64,000 nucleotides of DNA, taken from the NCBI GenBank assembly GCA_030603385.1, contig JAUVXW010000004.1, positions 93,088 through 157,087 on the forward strand, read 5' to 3'. The translations under genes and the position numbers were made by a program. The notes beneath the pieces were generated by a model. The model was not told the DNA's origin. It did not search any database and worked only from the letters and a program-made list of their open reading frames with translations. This document shows, in pieces, positions 31,791 to 43,004 of the stretch; position 1 is the stretch's first letter, and each line of letters opens with the position of its first letter. This DNA is from Promethearchaeota archaeon. Lineage in GTDB: Archaea > Asgardarchaeota > Lokiarchaeia > Sigyniarchaeales > SOKP01.

Positions 31791-33278
31791 ATGGGAAAAT
31801 TTGATTTTCGACCTAAAGGTGTTATGCCTGCTATGGTAACGCCGTTTAATAAGGATGAATCTATAAATGAAGAGAATTTAAGAAATTTAGTAAATTTTCT
31901 TATCGAACAAGGTGTAACTGGTCTTGTTCCAGTTGGTACTACTGGAGAATTTGTTAATATGACATTCAAGGAGCGTTTAAAAGTTATTGAAATTGTTGTG
32001 GATGAAGTAAATGGCAGAGTTCCAGTGATTGCTGGGACTGGGGAAACAGGTACAAAATTAGTTGTTGATGCTACTAATGCTGCCACTAACATTGGTGCTG
32101 ATGCAGTATTAATAGTCACACCTTATTATTTAAAACCTAAAGCAAAAGGATTATATGATCATTATTATACTATTACGGAAAAAACAGATATTCCAATAGT
32201 TTTATACAACATCCCCCCTTGTACTGGAGTGGAATTGCCATGGACCGTTGTTGAAGATTTAGTTGATATTGAAAATATCGTAGCAATAAAAGATTCGAGT
32301 GGAGATTACAAATATTTTTCGGCATTATTAGAAAAAGTAAGTGATAAGATCTCAGTTTTGATTGGATGGGATGAAAATGTGTTGGGGGCCTTAGCTGGGG
32401 GTGCTGCAGGTTGTATATTGGGATCAGCTAATATTTTTCCTAAAATATGGATTGAAATATATGATCATGTGAAAAATAATCATTTAGAAGAAGCACAGGT
32501 TCTTCAAAAAAAAGTACAAAAGTTAGCAAGACTATTAATAAATTCTGGTGCATTAGGGGTAAAATCATGTTTAAATATGATGAAAATTCCAGTAGGGACT
32601 ACACGTAAACCACTTGTGCTAGGAGACGCACTCTCTTATGAGATTAAAGACGAGTTACGGGTTGAACTTGAAAAATTAGGTTTTATTAAAAAAACAGAAA
32701 TCCAATTTGAATTTGGAGACAAGTCACTTATAAGTCGTTTTTATGCTGTCGGAATTACTCCTCAGAAAATCTCTGATTTCGACTTAAAAGTAGGGGAATC
32801 TCTAGTAGGGGATCGTGCAGAACTTGCTCATATTGACCTTCTAATCGGTAAAAAAAATGGACCTGTTGGTAATGCCTATGCTCAAGCTTTAACTAATCCA
32901 GAAGAAGGACGTGAAGGGCTTCAAGTCATACTTGAACCTAATATGCAAATTAAACCACCGACAATTATGATTCCTACCATTCGTCCAACTTCTCTCCGTC
33001 ATGCTAGTCTTACTTATGGGCCTGCTCAGGCTGCTATTGCTAAAGCTGTTATGCAATGTGTTGAAGATGGAATTCTTCCGAAAGAATTAGCTGAAGAAAT
33101 CGTTCTAATTGTTAATGTTTTTGTTCATCCAAGTGCTAGTGCCAGAAAAAGAGTATTTATTAATAATTATAAGGCAACTCGAAATGCTATCCGAAAAGCA
33201 ATGGAAGGCTTACCAACTGTAGACGATGGAATAGAGAACGCAGAAATTGCACGACATCCTTTTAGGAACGATCCATAA
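31791..33278 (+). CDS. DapA-family class I aldolase fused to a C-terminal formaldehyde-activating enzyme (Fae) domain
   Basis: GTTGE, YNIP and IKDS motifs, then VGESLVG..AHIDLLIG..GPVG..GPAQAAIAKAV..VFVHP..NYKAT. Confidence 0.88.
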   Translation: MGKFDFRPKGVMPAMVTPFNKDESINEENLRNLVNFLIEQGVTGLVPVGTTGEFVNMTFKERLKVIEIVVDEVNGRVPVIAGTGETGTKLVVDATNAATNIGADAVLIVTPYYLKPKAKGLYDHYYTITEKTDIPIVLYNIPPCTGVELPWTVVEDLVDIENIVAIKDSSGDYKYFSALLEKVSDKISVLIGWDENVLGALAGGAAGCILGSANIFPKIWIEIYDHVKNNHLEEAQVLQKKVQKLARLLINSGALGVKSCLNMMKIPVGTTRKPLVLGDALSYEIKDELRVELEKLGFIKKTEIQFEFGDKSLISRFYAVGITPQKISDFDLKVGESLVGDRAELAHIDLLIGKKNGPVGNAYAQALTNPEEGREGLQVILEPNMQIKPPTIMIPTIRPTSLRHASLTYGPAQAAIAKAVMQCVEDGILPKELAEEIVLIVNVFVHPSASARKRVFINNYKATRNAIRKAMEGLPTVDDGIENAEIARHPFRNDP

Positions 33279-33664
33279 ATTCAAATTTTAATTTCTTCTT
33301 ATTTTATGTTTGAATAAAAAATAACGTAATAATTGTAGACTCTATTAAGAAAATTTGGGAAAATATATTAGCACTACATTTGGCTATCGAAAAATATAGA
33401 AAGTATCTGGTACAATTCCTTTAAGTAAGAGCGCAGAAAACATTAAAAAATTTTTATTGAAAGATTAGAACTAATTTTTTGTAAAACTACTTTTTTCTAT
33501 TCATTTATTAGATTTTATAAATTATTAATTGAAATCCTTTAGTATGTTTATTTTTTAAACTCAAACCGCATAAATTTAATACTTCATAACGCTAATATTG
33601 ATAATCTTAAGTATTTCTATAATTATTAGTAAATTCAAATAAATAATTATGAAGATTAACAGAG

Positions 33665-34162
33665 ATGAAAAATGATATGGCAGAGCAAATATTGGAAATA
33701 GAAGTTGGAGCAGAAGCTCCTAATTTTTGTCTTCCAGATAAGGATAATAAAGAAGTATGCTTGAACGATTTTAAAGGAAAATTTGTTGTACTCTACTTTT
33801 ACCCTAAAGATAATACACCGGGATGTACAACCGAAGCAATAGGATTTACAGGAATCTTGCCTGAACTGCAAAAATTAGACACTGTTGTTATTGGCATTAG
33901 TCCGGATAGCCCTGAATCACATGCTAAGTTTATAAAGAAGAAAAACTTGAAAGTTACACTTCTTAGCGATGTTGATAAAAAAGTAATTAAAGAATACGGT
34001 AAATGGGCTAAGAAAAAATTTAGAGGTAAAAAATATATGGGTGTTGTTCGGAGTACATTTTTAATAAATCCTAACGGAAAGATAGTGCATATTTGGCCCA
34101 AAGTTTCTGTCAAGGGGCATCCTGAAGATGTTCAAAATGTTTTAACTGAATTAAGGAAATAG
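33665..34162 (+). CDS. bcp: Peroxiredoxin Bcp
   Basis: YFYPKDNTPGCTTEA motif. Confidence 0.92.
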   Translation: MKNDMAEQILEIEVGAEAPNFCLPDKDNKEVCLNDFKGKFVVLYFYPKDNTPGCTTEAIGFTGILPELQKLDTVVIGISPDSPESHAKFIKKKNLKVTLLSDVDKKVIKEYGKWAKKKFRGKKYMGVVRSTFLINPNGKIVHIWPKVSVKGHPEDVQNVLTELRK

Positions 34163-34176
34163 TACTGTTTTAAATT

Positions 34177-34761
34177 ATGAATGTTAAAGAAGCAATTGAG
34201 AAAAGAAGAGCTTACCGATCTCTTGATCCAATTGAAACAACTGATGAGTTAATTCGAGATCTTGCAGAAATAGTTAAAATTACCCCTTCATGTGTTAATA
34301 AGCAACCTTGGAGATTTATTTTTGTTAAGGATAAAGCACAATTAAACAGATTATTTACGATTGTATCAAAAGGGAATAAATGGGTTGAAAAGACTTCAAT
34401 GATTATTGCTGTATTTAGTAAACCTGAAAATGATTGTATTATTGGAGACCGTCTTTATTATTTATTTGATACTGGAATGGCTACAGCATTTTTGATACTA
34501 CGGGCTACAGAATTAGGCTTAGTTGCACACCCCATTGCAGGCTTTAAAGAACCCCAAGCAAAAGAGATTCTTGAAATTCCTGATGAGATGAGATTAATTA
34601 CTCTTGTTATTATTGGAAAACATTCAAAAGATGTAAATCCTGTTCTATCTAATGCAATGAAATTAGGAGAAAAACAAAGACCTCCTCGAAAACAGTTAGA
34701 AGATTTTATCTTCATAAATAGCTATAATAATAAATTCCATGAAGAAACAGGTAAAAATTAA
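34177..34761 (+). CDS. Nitroreductase family protein
   Basis: RRAYR and PSCVNKQPW motifs. Confidence 0.88.
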   Translation: MNVKEAIEKRRAYRSLDPIETTDELIRDLAEIVKITPSCVNKQPWRFIFVKDKAQLNRLFTIVSKGNKWVEKTSMIIAVFSKPENDCIIGDRLYYLFDTGMATAFLILRATELGLVAHPIAGFKEPQAKEILEIPDEMRLITLVIIGKHSKDVNPVLSNAMKLGEKQRPPRKQLEDFIFINSYNNKFHEETGKN

Positions 34762-36848
34762 TGAGTTATAACTTAAAAATGAGTAATAGAAATCATTTAT
34801 CCAATGAAAAAAGCCCTTATTTACAACAACATGCTGAAAATCCTGTTAATTGGTATCCATGGGGAAAAGAGGCTTTTAATAAAGCTCAAGAGGAAGATAA
34901 ACCAATTTTTTTATCAATAGGATACTCAACATGCCATTGGTGCCATGTTATGGCTCATGAATCTTTTGAGGATGACGAAGTCGCTGTATTGATGAATGAA
35001 GCGTTTATATCTATTAAAGTGGATAGGGAAGAGCGCCCAGACATTGATAAAGTTTATATGACAGTATGTCAGACGATGACAGGCTCGGGAGGGTGGCCTT
35101 TAACTATAATAATGACTCCTGAAAAAAAACCATTCTTTGCCGGAACTTATTTTCCAAAGCATACAAGATTTGGACGAATCGGATTAATAGACTTAATTAA
35201 ACGAATCAAAGATCTATGGAATAATCAGAAGAGTGAGTTAGTAAATTCTGCTGATCAAATTACTTACAACTTACAGAATATAGATCAAGAATCACCTGGA
35301 GAGATAATTACCGAAGATACTCTTAGGAAGGCATATCAATTACTCTTAAGACAATATGATGAAACTAATGGTGGTTTTGGTAATCGCCCTAAATTTCCTA
35401 CGCCTCATAACCTTATATTTTTACTTAGGTTTTGGAAACGTACTGGTGAAAAAAAAGCATTAGAAATGGTTGAGAATACACTTCAAGCAATGCGAAAAGG
35501 TGGCATCTATGATCATATTGGTTTTGGCTTTCATCGATATTCAACTGATTCAATTTGGCTTGTCCCTCATTTTGAGAAGATGCTCTATGATCAAGCACTA
35601 ATTGCTATAGCTTATATCGAAACTTATCAAGCTACTAAAAATGAAGAATATAAAAAAATAGCTCAAGAGATACTTACTTACGTCTTAAGAGATATGATAT
35701 CAAAAGAGGGAGGATTTTATTCTGCTGAAGATGCAGATAGTGAAGGAGAAGAAGGAAAATTTTATGTTTGGTCTGAGAAAGAATTAGTAGGTATCCTTGA
35801 TAAGGATGAATTAGATCTTGCCGTTAAAATCTTTAACGTGAAAGAATCTGGTAATTATTTAGAAGAAGCAACCGGTAAAAAAGCAAATAAAAATATCTTA
35901 TATCTTAATAATAATTTAGAAAAGGAAATCCAAGAGAGAATTGAAAGAATTCGGATTAAATTATTTAAAGAAAGAGAAAATCGAATTCATCCTCATAAAG
36001 ACGATAAAATATTAACAGATTGGAATGGATTGATGATCACAGCTTTAGCTAAAGCAGCTAAAGCGTTCCATGATGAGGAATATTTAAATTTTGCTAAGAA
36101 AACAGCTAATTTCATTCTGTCAAATCTTCGTGATTCAAATAAAAAATTATTACACCGATATAAAGAGGGGATTTCAGAAATTAATGGTTATTTGACTGAT
36201 TATGCTTTTTTCATCTGGGGGCTCATTGAATTATATGAAGCTACTTTTGATATTTTTTATTTAAAAACTGCTCTTGAATTACACGAGATTCAAAATAAGG
36301 ATTTTTGGGATAAGATTATCGGTGGTTTTTACTTCACTGCTGATAATAGTGAAAAATTATTAACTAGACAGAAAGAAATTTATGATGGTGCTATTCCATC
36401 TGGAAATTCAATTGCTTTACTTAATCTATTAAGATTAAGTTATTTAACAGGAAATTATAAATTAGAAGAAAAGGCAGATACATTAAATAGAGTTTTTTCT
36501 GAAAAGATAAAAGCTAATCCCTTGGCTTATACACAATTTTTAGTCGCAATTGATTTTGCTATTGGTCCGTCTTATTCATTAGTTATTGGAGGTAATACTG
36601 ATGATAATGATACCACTGAAATGATAGTAGCAATTAATAATTCTTATATTCCAAACAAAGTGTTTATTCATAGAAAGACTGAGCAAGAATTACCAGATAT
36701 AGATACATATTCCAATTTTGTGCAATTTTTCGAGAACCTTGAGGGTAAAGCAACGGCATACGTATGTATTAATAAAACGTGTAAACCTCCTACTCATGAA
36801 ATAAGTAAAATGCTGGAATATCTTAATGGAAACTGGAATGAAAAATAA
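34761..36848 (+). CDS. YyaL/SPATA20-like thioredoxin-domain protein
   Basis: [21 protein letters not shown] and [11 protein letters not shown] motifs. Confidence 0.92.
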   Translation: MSYNLKMSNRNHLSNEKSPYLQQHAENPVNWYPWGKEAFNKAQEEDKPIFLSIGYSTCHWCHVMAHESFEDDEVAVLMNEAFISIKVDREERPDIDKVYMTVCQTMTGSGGWPLTIIMTPEKKPFFAGTYFPKHTRFGRIGLIDLIKRIKDLWNNQKSELVNSADQITYNLQNIDQESPGEIITEDTLRKAYQLLLRQYDETNGGFGNRPKFPTPHNLIFLLRFWKRTGEKKALEMVENTLQAMRKGGIYDHIGFGFHRYSTDSIWLVPHFEKMLYDQALIAIAYIETYQATKNEEYKKIAQEILTYVLRDMISKEGGFYSAEDADSEGEEGKFYVWSEKELVGILDKDELDLAVKIFNVKESGNYLEEATGKKANKNILYLNNNLEKEIQERIERIRIKLFKERENRIHPHKDDKILTDWNGLMITALAKAAKAFHDEEYLNFAKKTANFILSNLRDSNKKLLHRYKEGISEINGYLTDYAFFIWGLIELYEATFDIFYLKTALELHEIQNKDFWDKIIGGFYFTADNSEKLLTRQKEIYDGAIPSGNSIALLNLLRLSYLTGNYKLEEKADTLNRVFSEKIKANPLAYTQFLVAIDFAIGPSYSLVIGGNTDDNDTTEMIVAINNSYIPNKVFIHRKTEQELPDIDTYSNFVQFFENLEGKATAYVCINKTCKPPTHEISKMLEYLNGNWNEK

Positions 36849-36918
36849 AAATCATAAAATAGTTTAAACTATTTATTTATTAATCATTAATTCCTTTCTT
36901 AAAAAAATAAAAAGATAT

Positions 36919-37296
36919 CTATGAAGTAGAACTTAGTTTCGACACAATTAAAGCTTCCATTTCATCTAAAGATTTAACTCCGTTCATTTCTTCCTGATTT
37001 ATTAATAAATCAAATGCGTTCCCGTTCTTTAAATAAGCTGAAGGGTAAGTTGCATCAGAGATTTCATACTTTTCTTCAAATTCGTCTTTATGTAAAAATT
37101 CTGCGTCAATATCTAAATTATTAATAAATTTTTTCCAGTCTTTTTTCATACCAAAAGTAGAGAAAGTTTGAGCGCATAAATTACACTGATAAGTGCTTGG
37201 TCGTACTAATTTGTGCCAAAAATCTTTAACTATATTTATTACCCCTGAATCTGCATTATATACAAAAACTAATTTTTTATCATTCATATTAACCAC
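36919..37296 (-). CDS. Conserved hypothetical protein
   Basis: VFVYNADSG...YQCNLC. Confidence 0.7.
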   Translation of the reverse strand: MVNMNDKKLVFVYNADSGVINIVKDFWHKLVRPSTYQCNLCAQTFSTFGMKKDWKKFINNLDIDAEFLHKDEFEEKYEISDATYPSAYLKNGNAFDLLINQEEMNGVKSLDEMEALIVSKLSSTS

Positions 37297-37552
37297 GTAA
37301 GTAATTATTATTTCGCTAATATTAATAGAGTTAGTTAAAAATTTTAATCTACTTCTTATTTAAAATAAATTTATCCTCAATTTAAACAGAAAATTATATG
37401 ATAAATGGAATAAAAGCCGTTAAATCATAAAAAAAAGAGTAAGTAAAGAAATTCTGAAATTTTTAGATTCATATATAATGTCGGTATTTTTTTCATCCGT
37501 TTGAATTTTTAAATAATTATAGATTTATTGTTTTAATCACAAAAATATTAAA

Positions 37553-38410
37553 GTGTACATTATGCAAAGTTCAAAATATAGCATTGAAGATTATCAAAGA
37601 GCTGGTGATGATATGTTTAATAGACTTCATCTAGACTCTTATCCCGTGTCGATAAAGTATATAAAAAATATTGAAGACGATATTCCTGTAGGAGTTAGAA
37701 GACCTATAGATACTAAAGAAAAAATGTCTATTTGTCAAGCATTTACTTATGCACGCAGATTTAGACAGAAGTTATGCATCACAGCAGCGGATAATTTCTG
37801 CACTCCGTCTTCCGTTGCACACGGATGGGTTCCTCTCACGATGGAAGAATTTGTTGAATCTCAAGTTCGTCAAAAATGGTCAAAAGACGCTCAAGCTGAA
37901 AAAAGAAGAGCAGAACATACATACGCACAAAACTTTAAGAATATTATTGAGTTAGCGTATCGTGGTGTAATTGTTTCTCCGTTAACGGAAACCCCCGTTA
38001 TTCCAGATGCCATAATGATTTATTGTAATGGTCCGAAACTAACATACATTATAAATTCGCTAAACTATGAACACAAGCGTAAATATAGAATACAATCAAC
38101 ATTCGAAGGTTTTGGTGAAAGTTGCGCCAAAGGAGGATTAATGCCGTTTATTACCCGAAAATGCCAAATAGTTATTCCAGGCACGGGAGACCGCTCATTT
38201 GCTGGAATTCAAGATCACGAACTAGGAATTGGAATGCCCGCAAGCTATATTTTCTATGTATTAGAGAATTTATTTCAAACGGGGGCAGGGCAGGGTTTAA
38301 AGTTTCCATTAAGGCAATTAATTCCAAAATTGGATGAAAAATTAACTCCTGGGTTCAAATATATGCGAGAAATAATAGATAAAAAATTAAGTGAAATGAA
38401 AAATGAGTAA
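37553..38410 (+). CDS. DUF169 family protein
   Basis: SICQ..ARR and PGTGDR motifs. Confidence 0.8.
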   Translation: MYIMQSSKYSIEDYQRAGDDMFNRLHLDSYPVSIKYIKNIEDDIPVGVRRPIDTKEKMSICQAFTYARRFRQKLCITAADNFCTPSSVAHGWVPLTMEEFVESQVRQKWSKDAQAEKRRAEHTYAQNFKNIIELAYRGVIVSPLTETPVIPDAIMIYCNGPKLTYIINSLNYEHKRKYRIQSTFEGFGESCAKGGLMPFITRKCQIVIPGTGDRSFAGIQDHELGIGMPASYIFYVLENLFQTGAGQGLKFPLRQLIPKLDEKLTPGFKYMREIIDKKLSEMKNE

Positions 38411-38431
38411 AAAATTTAATTTTTAGACACT

Positions 38432-38818
38432 TTAATATAATTCTCTTATTTTTCCCATACGCTTTCGATTAACACCCATATCACTCCACCCCAATCTTGC
38501 TGCTGATCGAAAATGTATAAGCTTGGTTGAATCATCAAAATAAAATTCAACATCATCTACAAATTTGAATGTAGCAGTTCTAAATTCAAAATGCAAATAA
38601 TTTTTTGTTTCGGTAATCATTTTTGTTCTTTTAAATGATGTAATTATATTTTTGATTCTTCCTTTTGCTTCAGCAACTGTTGAGCTATATTGTATAGGTT
38701 CCATCCTATGTTTTTCATCAGTACTTTGAGTGGAAACGCAATTTGGAGATTTTGGGCAAGGATGAAATTTTCCATCAATAATCCCAATTGGTTTTTTAGA
38801 TGTTTTGATATCCATCAC
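38432..38818 (-). CDS. DUF1499 family protein
   Basis: CPKSPNCVS, FVDDVEF and SDMGVNRKR motifs. Confidence 0.88.
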   Translation of the reverse strand: MMDIKTSKKPIGIIDGKFHPCPKSPNCVSTQSTDEKHRMEPIQYSSTVAEAKGRIKNIITSFKRTKMITETKNYLHFEFRTATFKFVDDVEFYFDDSTKLIHFRSAARLGWSDMGVNRKRMGKIRELY

Positions 38819-38939
38819 TTTTATTGCTTTTATTATAGAAGAACTGAATTTAGTTTAAATAAATTAAGATTTTAAGTTAAAAAAAATAAAACTTAGACTT
38901 CTTAAAAAACAAGGTGAAAGCTTCTTTTTTTTTATATTT

Positions 38940-40225
38940 CTAAATACTAAGTATTTCCTTTATCAGTGAAGATATTTTTTGATAGTCAAATACTGATACA
39001 TTTGCTGTTCTCTTGAAAGCCTTTATTTGATCGATGTAATGTTCTTCAAATTGATTTAGAAAATAGATTAATCGTTCTTTTAAACTTTGGTGAGCCGGTT
39101 TGGATAAAAATAAGGCTAATTTAACTTCTTTACCATATGCTGCATGAATGTATAAACCTTTATAACTAATTTCTTTCATGGAAGTAGTTCCACCTATTTC
39201 TGATACAAAAGAATCCATTGCTGATAAAAAACCTGATATTAGTTCTTTATCTACTGGATAATCTTCGCTTGAATGTGAGATCATAGTAACTCCTGAGTCA
39301 GGATCGATTACTAAAAGACTCCTGAAAATATTCTGGAATTTTGGTTTTATAGCTATTGAATGGTCTTCCGTCAATAATATTTCTTTCGGTAAAAGCTCAT
39401 ACATGGAATAAGATTTGGGTTTATACGCTTCACTTTCTTTGAAATAGTAATTAGAAATTTTAGTTAATCGAGATTGAGTTCTAATTGGTTCATGTGGAAG
39501 CTTTTGAATATACTCGTCTCTTAAATTTACATCATGATCTTTAGACTTCTTTCCTTTAAATATTCCGAGTATTTTTTGATGAATCGGGTCGATTACATAA
39601 AACCAGGCTCGCAATTTTTGCATATCCGAAATTAATCTTTCTAAACCTATATTACTGACAGAACTTGGCGTTGTAACGAAAACAGTCCATAAAGCTATTT
39701 TTGATGCTTCACTTATCTTATAAACCGTATCTTTATAATTCTCTTCAGTCATCTCCTCTCCGGTTCTAACAAAAACAGCCTCAGTTCTTAATAATGGTTT
39801 TTTCTTAATTAGATACAGATCTAATCCATAATCTTTGATTGAAGAAGTATTATACACACTAATCCCCCAATCTGCCCCTTGATCTGCGAATATATCTATT
39901 AACTCTTGCTTAGAGATAAAATCAAATCTTGTTAGATAATCGTGCTTCCTATATATGTTAAAGGTGTGCTGTATTTTTTCTGTAAATTAGGATTTTTTTG
40001 ATACTTTCTAAATAAATAGATAGCTATATAATCAAGCAACTCTAATTTTGTTAAGGATTCATCATCGGGAGTAGGAATATCATTCTTGTTCATAAAATCA
40101 TATATTTCTTTAAATCTACTTCTTACTATTAAACAATTTAGACATAAGATTCCAAACTTACCTTCATTTTCTTTTCGAATGGTTTCTAGTATTTTTGTTG
40201 AAGAGGTCAAAGTTTCAGAATTCAT
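38940..40225 (-). pseudogene. Frameshifted gene with a C-terminal longin/roadblock-like domain (ORFs 39932-40225 and 38940-39857)
   Basis: The second frame is open across the first ORF's stop (HDYLTRFDFISKQELIDIFAD). C-terminus has ELISGFLSAMDSFVSEI. Confidence 0.6.
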
Positions 40226-40291
40226 ATTGGTAATTAGATCATTTTGGTTTTAAAATATTGTTATAATAATTCGTAGCTTTGTTCTTCTAAT

Positions 40292-40921
40292 TTATTTTAC
40301 TTTAAAAAGGCGGTAAGCATCTCTAAACCTTAGAAATGCCGTTAGTAATACCAAAGATGAAAAAATCCATAATATAATACCTCTCCATGGGATTAAAATC
40401 GTTGTGAGGAATAAGAATATTAGAGTTTCAGAGCGTTCCATAAGACTGTGATTGTAATAAATAACTTTTTCTTCGGTTTCTAAGTTTTCTTTCTTAACTA
40501 TACCCCCAATTAATAAGAAAATAGTAATACATAACACAATTGCTCCAAGAGAAAAAATACCTGGCCACATTAAAATTAAAGGATCAGTTGAAATTATTGA
40601 TATAATAATAGATACTTCGACAGTTCTATCACTAAAAATATCAAATATCCCCCCAAAAGATGTTGGACCTTCTGATCGTGCTATAGCGCCGTCCAAAACA
40701 TCTAAAAAGAATGAAACACACATTAAAACCGCTGAACATATAATCAATTCTAATTTCCAAATTAGTTTTCCACTTAGGAAAATAAATAAGGCACTTAATA
40801 GACCAGTAATTAATGCTGTAAGAGTAATTTGATTTGCTGAAATCTTTTCTAAAAATAATTTTCTAGCAAATTTCTCAAAGAATTTGTTTAACTTGGTTTT
40901 AGAAAGCCATTTATCAATCAT
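40292..40921 (-). CDS. CDP-alcohol phosphatidyltransferase
   Basis: ANQIT and DVLDGAIAR...GGIFDIFSDR motifs. Confidence 0.9.
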   Translation of the reverse strand: MIDKWLSKTKLNKFFEKFARKLFLEKISANQITLTALITGLLSALFIFLSGKLIWKLELIICSAVLMCVSFFLDVLDGAIARSEGPTSFGGIFDIFSDRTVEVSIIISIISTDPLILMWPGIFSLGAIVLCITIFLLIGGIVKKENLETEEKVIYYNHSLMERSETLIFLFLTTILIPWRGIILWIFSSLVLLTAFLRFRDAYRLFKVK

Positions 40922-40993
40922 AGAGCCAAGTATTTTATATATGGCTTAAAATTTAAAAATTAGGAAAAGGAATAAGAGTTTTAAAAGTTGTCT

Positions 40994-42991
40994 CTATAAT
41001 CTTCTAGTTATAATTGAGTAAATTTGTTCACCAGTAAACCCTTTAATATCAATCGCTGAGCATCTGCAATTGCCCGAACAAGCGCCACATCCTTTACATA
41101 ATGCTTCATTAATTTTAGCTATAAGACCAAATCTTTTATCATCAACAAGTTCAATTGCTCCATATGCACAATTTTCTACACACATTCCACAGCCAATACA
41201 ACGCTCTGGACGAATTACTGCAAAAAATGGTTCAATTTCAACTTCACCTTTAGCCATCAAACCAGCTGCACTTGAAGCTGCTCCCTTAGCTTGAGCAACA
41301 GCATCAGGAATATCTTTTGGGCCTTGAGCAACACCCGCGATGAAGATTCCCTCTGTTAAAGTATCTACAGGTCTTAATTTTGGATGTGCTTCTAAAAAAA
41401 ATCCATCAGCTGATCTTTGAATTCTTAGTAGAGAAGTTATTACATCTGCATCTGCTCGAGGCTCTAAACCACAAGATAAAACAAACAAATCTACTGTTAA
41501 TTCAATTGGTTGTTGAAGTAATGTATCCTCAGCTCTTATTATAATATTGTGATTATCATCTTCGATTACTTCTGCTATTCTACCTCTCACAAAATTGATT
41601 CCGTAGTTTCGCCCTGCAGATTCGTAAAATTCCTCATAACCCTTTCCAAAAGCTCGAATATCCATATAAAAAATATAAATATCTGCATCTGGATGCTTTT
41701 CCTTATATTGCCTTGCTTGCTTAGTTGCATACATACAGCAGACTCTTGAACAATATTGATTTCCTCCTTCTCTGAAATTTCTACTTCCCACACATTGAAG
41801 AAAGGCAATGCTATGGGGTTCTTTAAGATCCGAAGGTCTAACAGGCTTTCCTATAACTGGTCCAAAAGAACTTAATAAACGTTCCATTTGAAATCCAGTA
41901 ATAACATTAGGATACCTTCCATATCCATATTGTTTAAGTTCAGTTGGATCATATAAATCCCACCCGGTTGCTACTATTATTGTGCCTACTTTTACTTTTA
42001 GATATTCAGGTTCATCATCAAATTTAATTGCTTCAGGCTCACAGACATCGATTCGCTCACAAATTCCACATTTGATGCAATTATCCATATCTATTGTAAA
42101 TTGTCCCGGGACCGCTTGGGGAAATGGGACATAAATTGCTTTTCTTGTAGCTAAACCTAATTCAAACTCATTTCCAACAATAATAGGACAAGAATCAATA
42201 CAGATTCCACAAGCAGTACATTTCACTTGATCTACATAATGAGGTTTTTTCAGAATGGTTACATCAAAATTTCCTATATATCCAGTTACTTCTACTACCT
42301 CAGAATAAGTTAAAAGTTCAATATTTTTTTCACGTGATACTTCAGACATTTTAGGAGTAAGGATACAGCTTGAACAGTCCATAGTTGGGAACGTTTTATC
42401 AAGTTGAGCCATATGGCCACCAATAGTTGGTGTTTTTTCAACTAAATACACTTTATAACCCTCTGTAGCAAGATCTAAAGCAGCATTCATCCCTGTAATT
42501 CCTCCTCCGATGATTAAACAAGAGGGTTCTACACTTACCGTTTGTACTTCTAATGGTATTAATTCTCTTGATTTTGCTACAGCCATTCTTATAAGATCTT
42601 TAGCAGTTTCATAAGCTCCTTCTGGCTCTTTCATATGAACCCATGTTGAGTGCTCTCTAATATTCGCCATTTCAAAAAGGAACTGATTTAATCCTGCTTC
42701 TTTACAGGCAATCCTAAAAGTTGGTTCATGCATTCTTGGAGAACATGCTGCAACAATCACTCTATTAACTAATCCCGCCTCAATGTCTTCTTTAATCATT
42801 TTCTGACCTACGTCAGAACAAAAAAACTTATATTCTCTTGCGATTTCGACATTTGGAAGGGTCTTCGCATATTCTACTAAATCTGGAACTGAAACTACAC
42901 CACCAATATTAATTCCGCAGTGACATACATATACTCCTATTCTAGATCTTTCATTCCCTGTGATTTCTATTTCTTTTTTAATTTCTGTCAA
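40994..42991 (-). CDS. hdrA: Heterodisulfide reductase subunit A (Cys form)
   Basis: CHCGINI, NIRE, GGGITG, KTFPTMDC, CSRVCC and ferredoxin motifs. Confidence 0.95.
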   Translation of the reverse strand: MTEIKKEIEITGNERSRIGVYVCHCGINIGGVVSVPDLVEYAKTLPNVEIAREYKFFCSDVGQKMIKEDIEAGLVNRVIVAACSPRMHEPTFRIACKEAGLNQFLFEMANIREHSTWVHMKEPEGAYETAKDLIRMAVAKSRELIPLEVQTVSVEPSCLIIGGGITGMNAALDLATEGYKVYLVEKTPTIGGHMAQLDKTFPTMDCSSCILTPKMSEVSREKNIELLTYSEVVEVTGYIGNFDVTILKKPHYVDQVKCTACGICIDSCPIIVGNEFELGLATRKAIYVPFPQAVPGQFTIDMDNCIKCGICERIDVCEPEAIKFDDEPEYLKVKVGTIIVATGWDLYDPTELKQYGYGRYPNVITGFQMERLLSSFGPVIGKPVRPSDLKEPHSIAFLQCVGSRNFREGGNQYCSRVCCMYATKQARQYKEKHPDADIYIFYMDIRAFGKGYEEFYESAGRNYGINFVRGRIAEVIEDDNHNIIIRAEDTLLQQPIELTVDLFVLSCGLEPRADADVITSLLRIQRSADGFFLEAHPKLRPVDTLTEGIFIAGVAQGPKDIPDAVAQAKGAASSAAGLMAKGEVEIEPFFAVIRPERCIGCGMCVENCAYGAIELVDDKRFGLIAKINEALCKGCGACSGNCRCSAIDIKGFTGEQIYSIITRRL

Positions 42992-43004
42992 TTTATTCTT
43001 TCAC

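Noticed and set aside
39900-39960. Fourth BHB intron at this frameshift
   Set aside because: The only BHB-like pairing found (AUUA/UAAU) would remove 39 nt and not correct the frame.
19543-42991. Selenocysteine in FwdB or HdrA
   Set aside because: Both ORFs are continuous with Cys at the relevant motifs and have no in-frame TGA.
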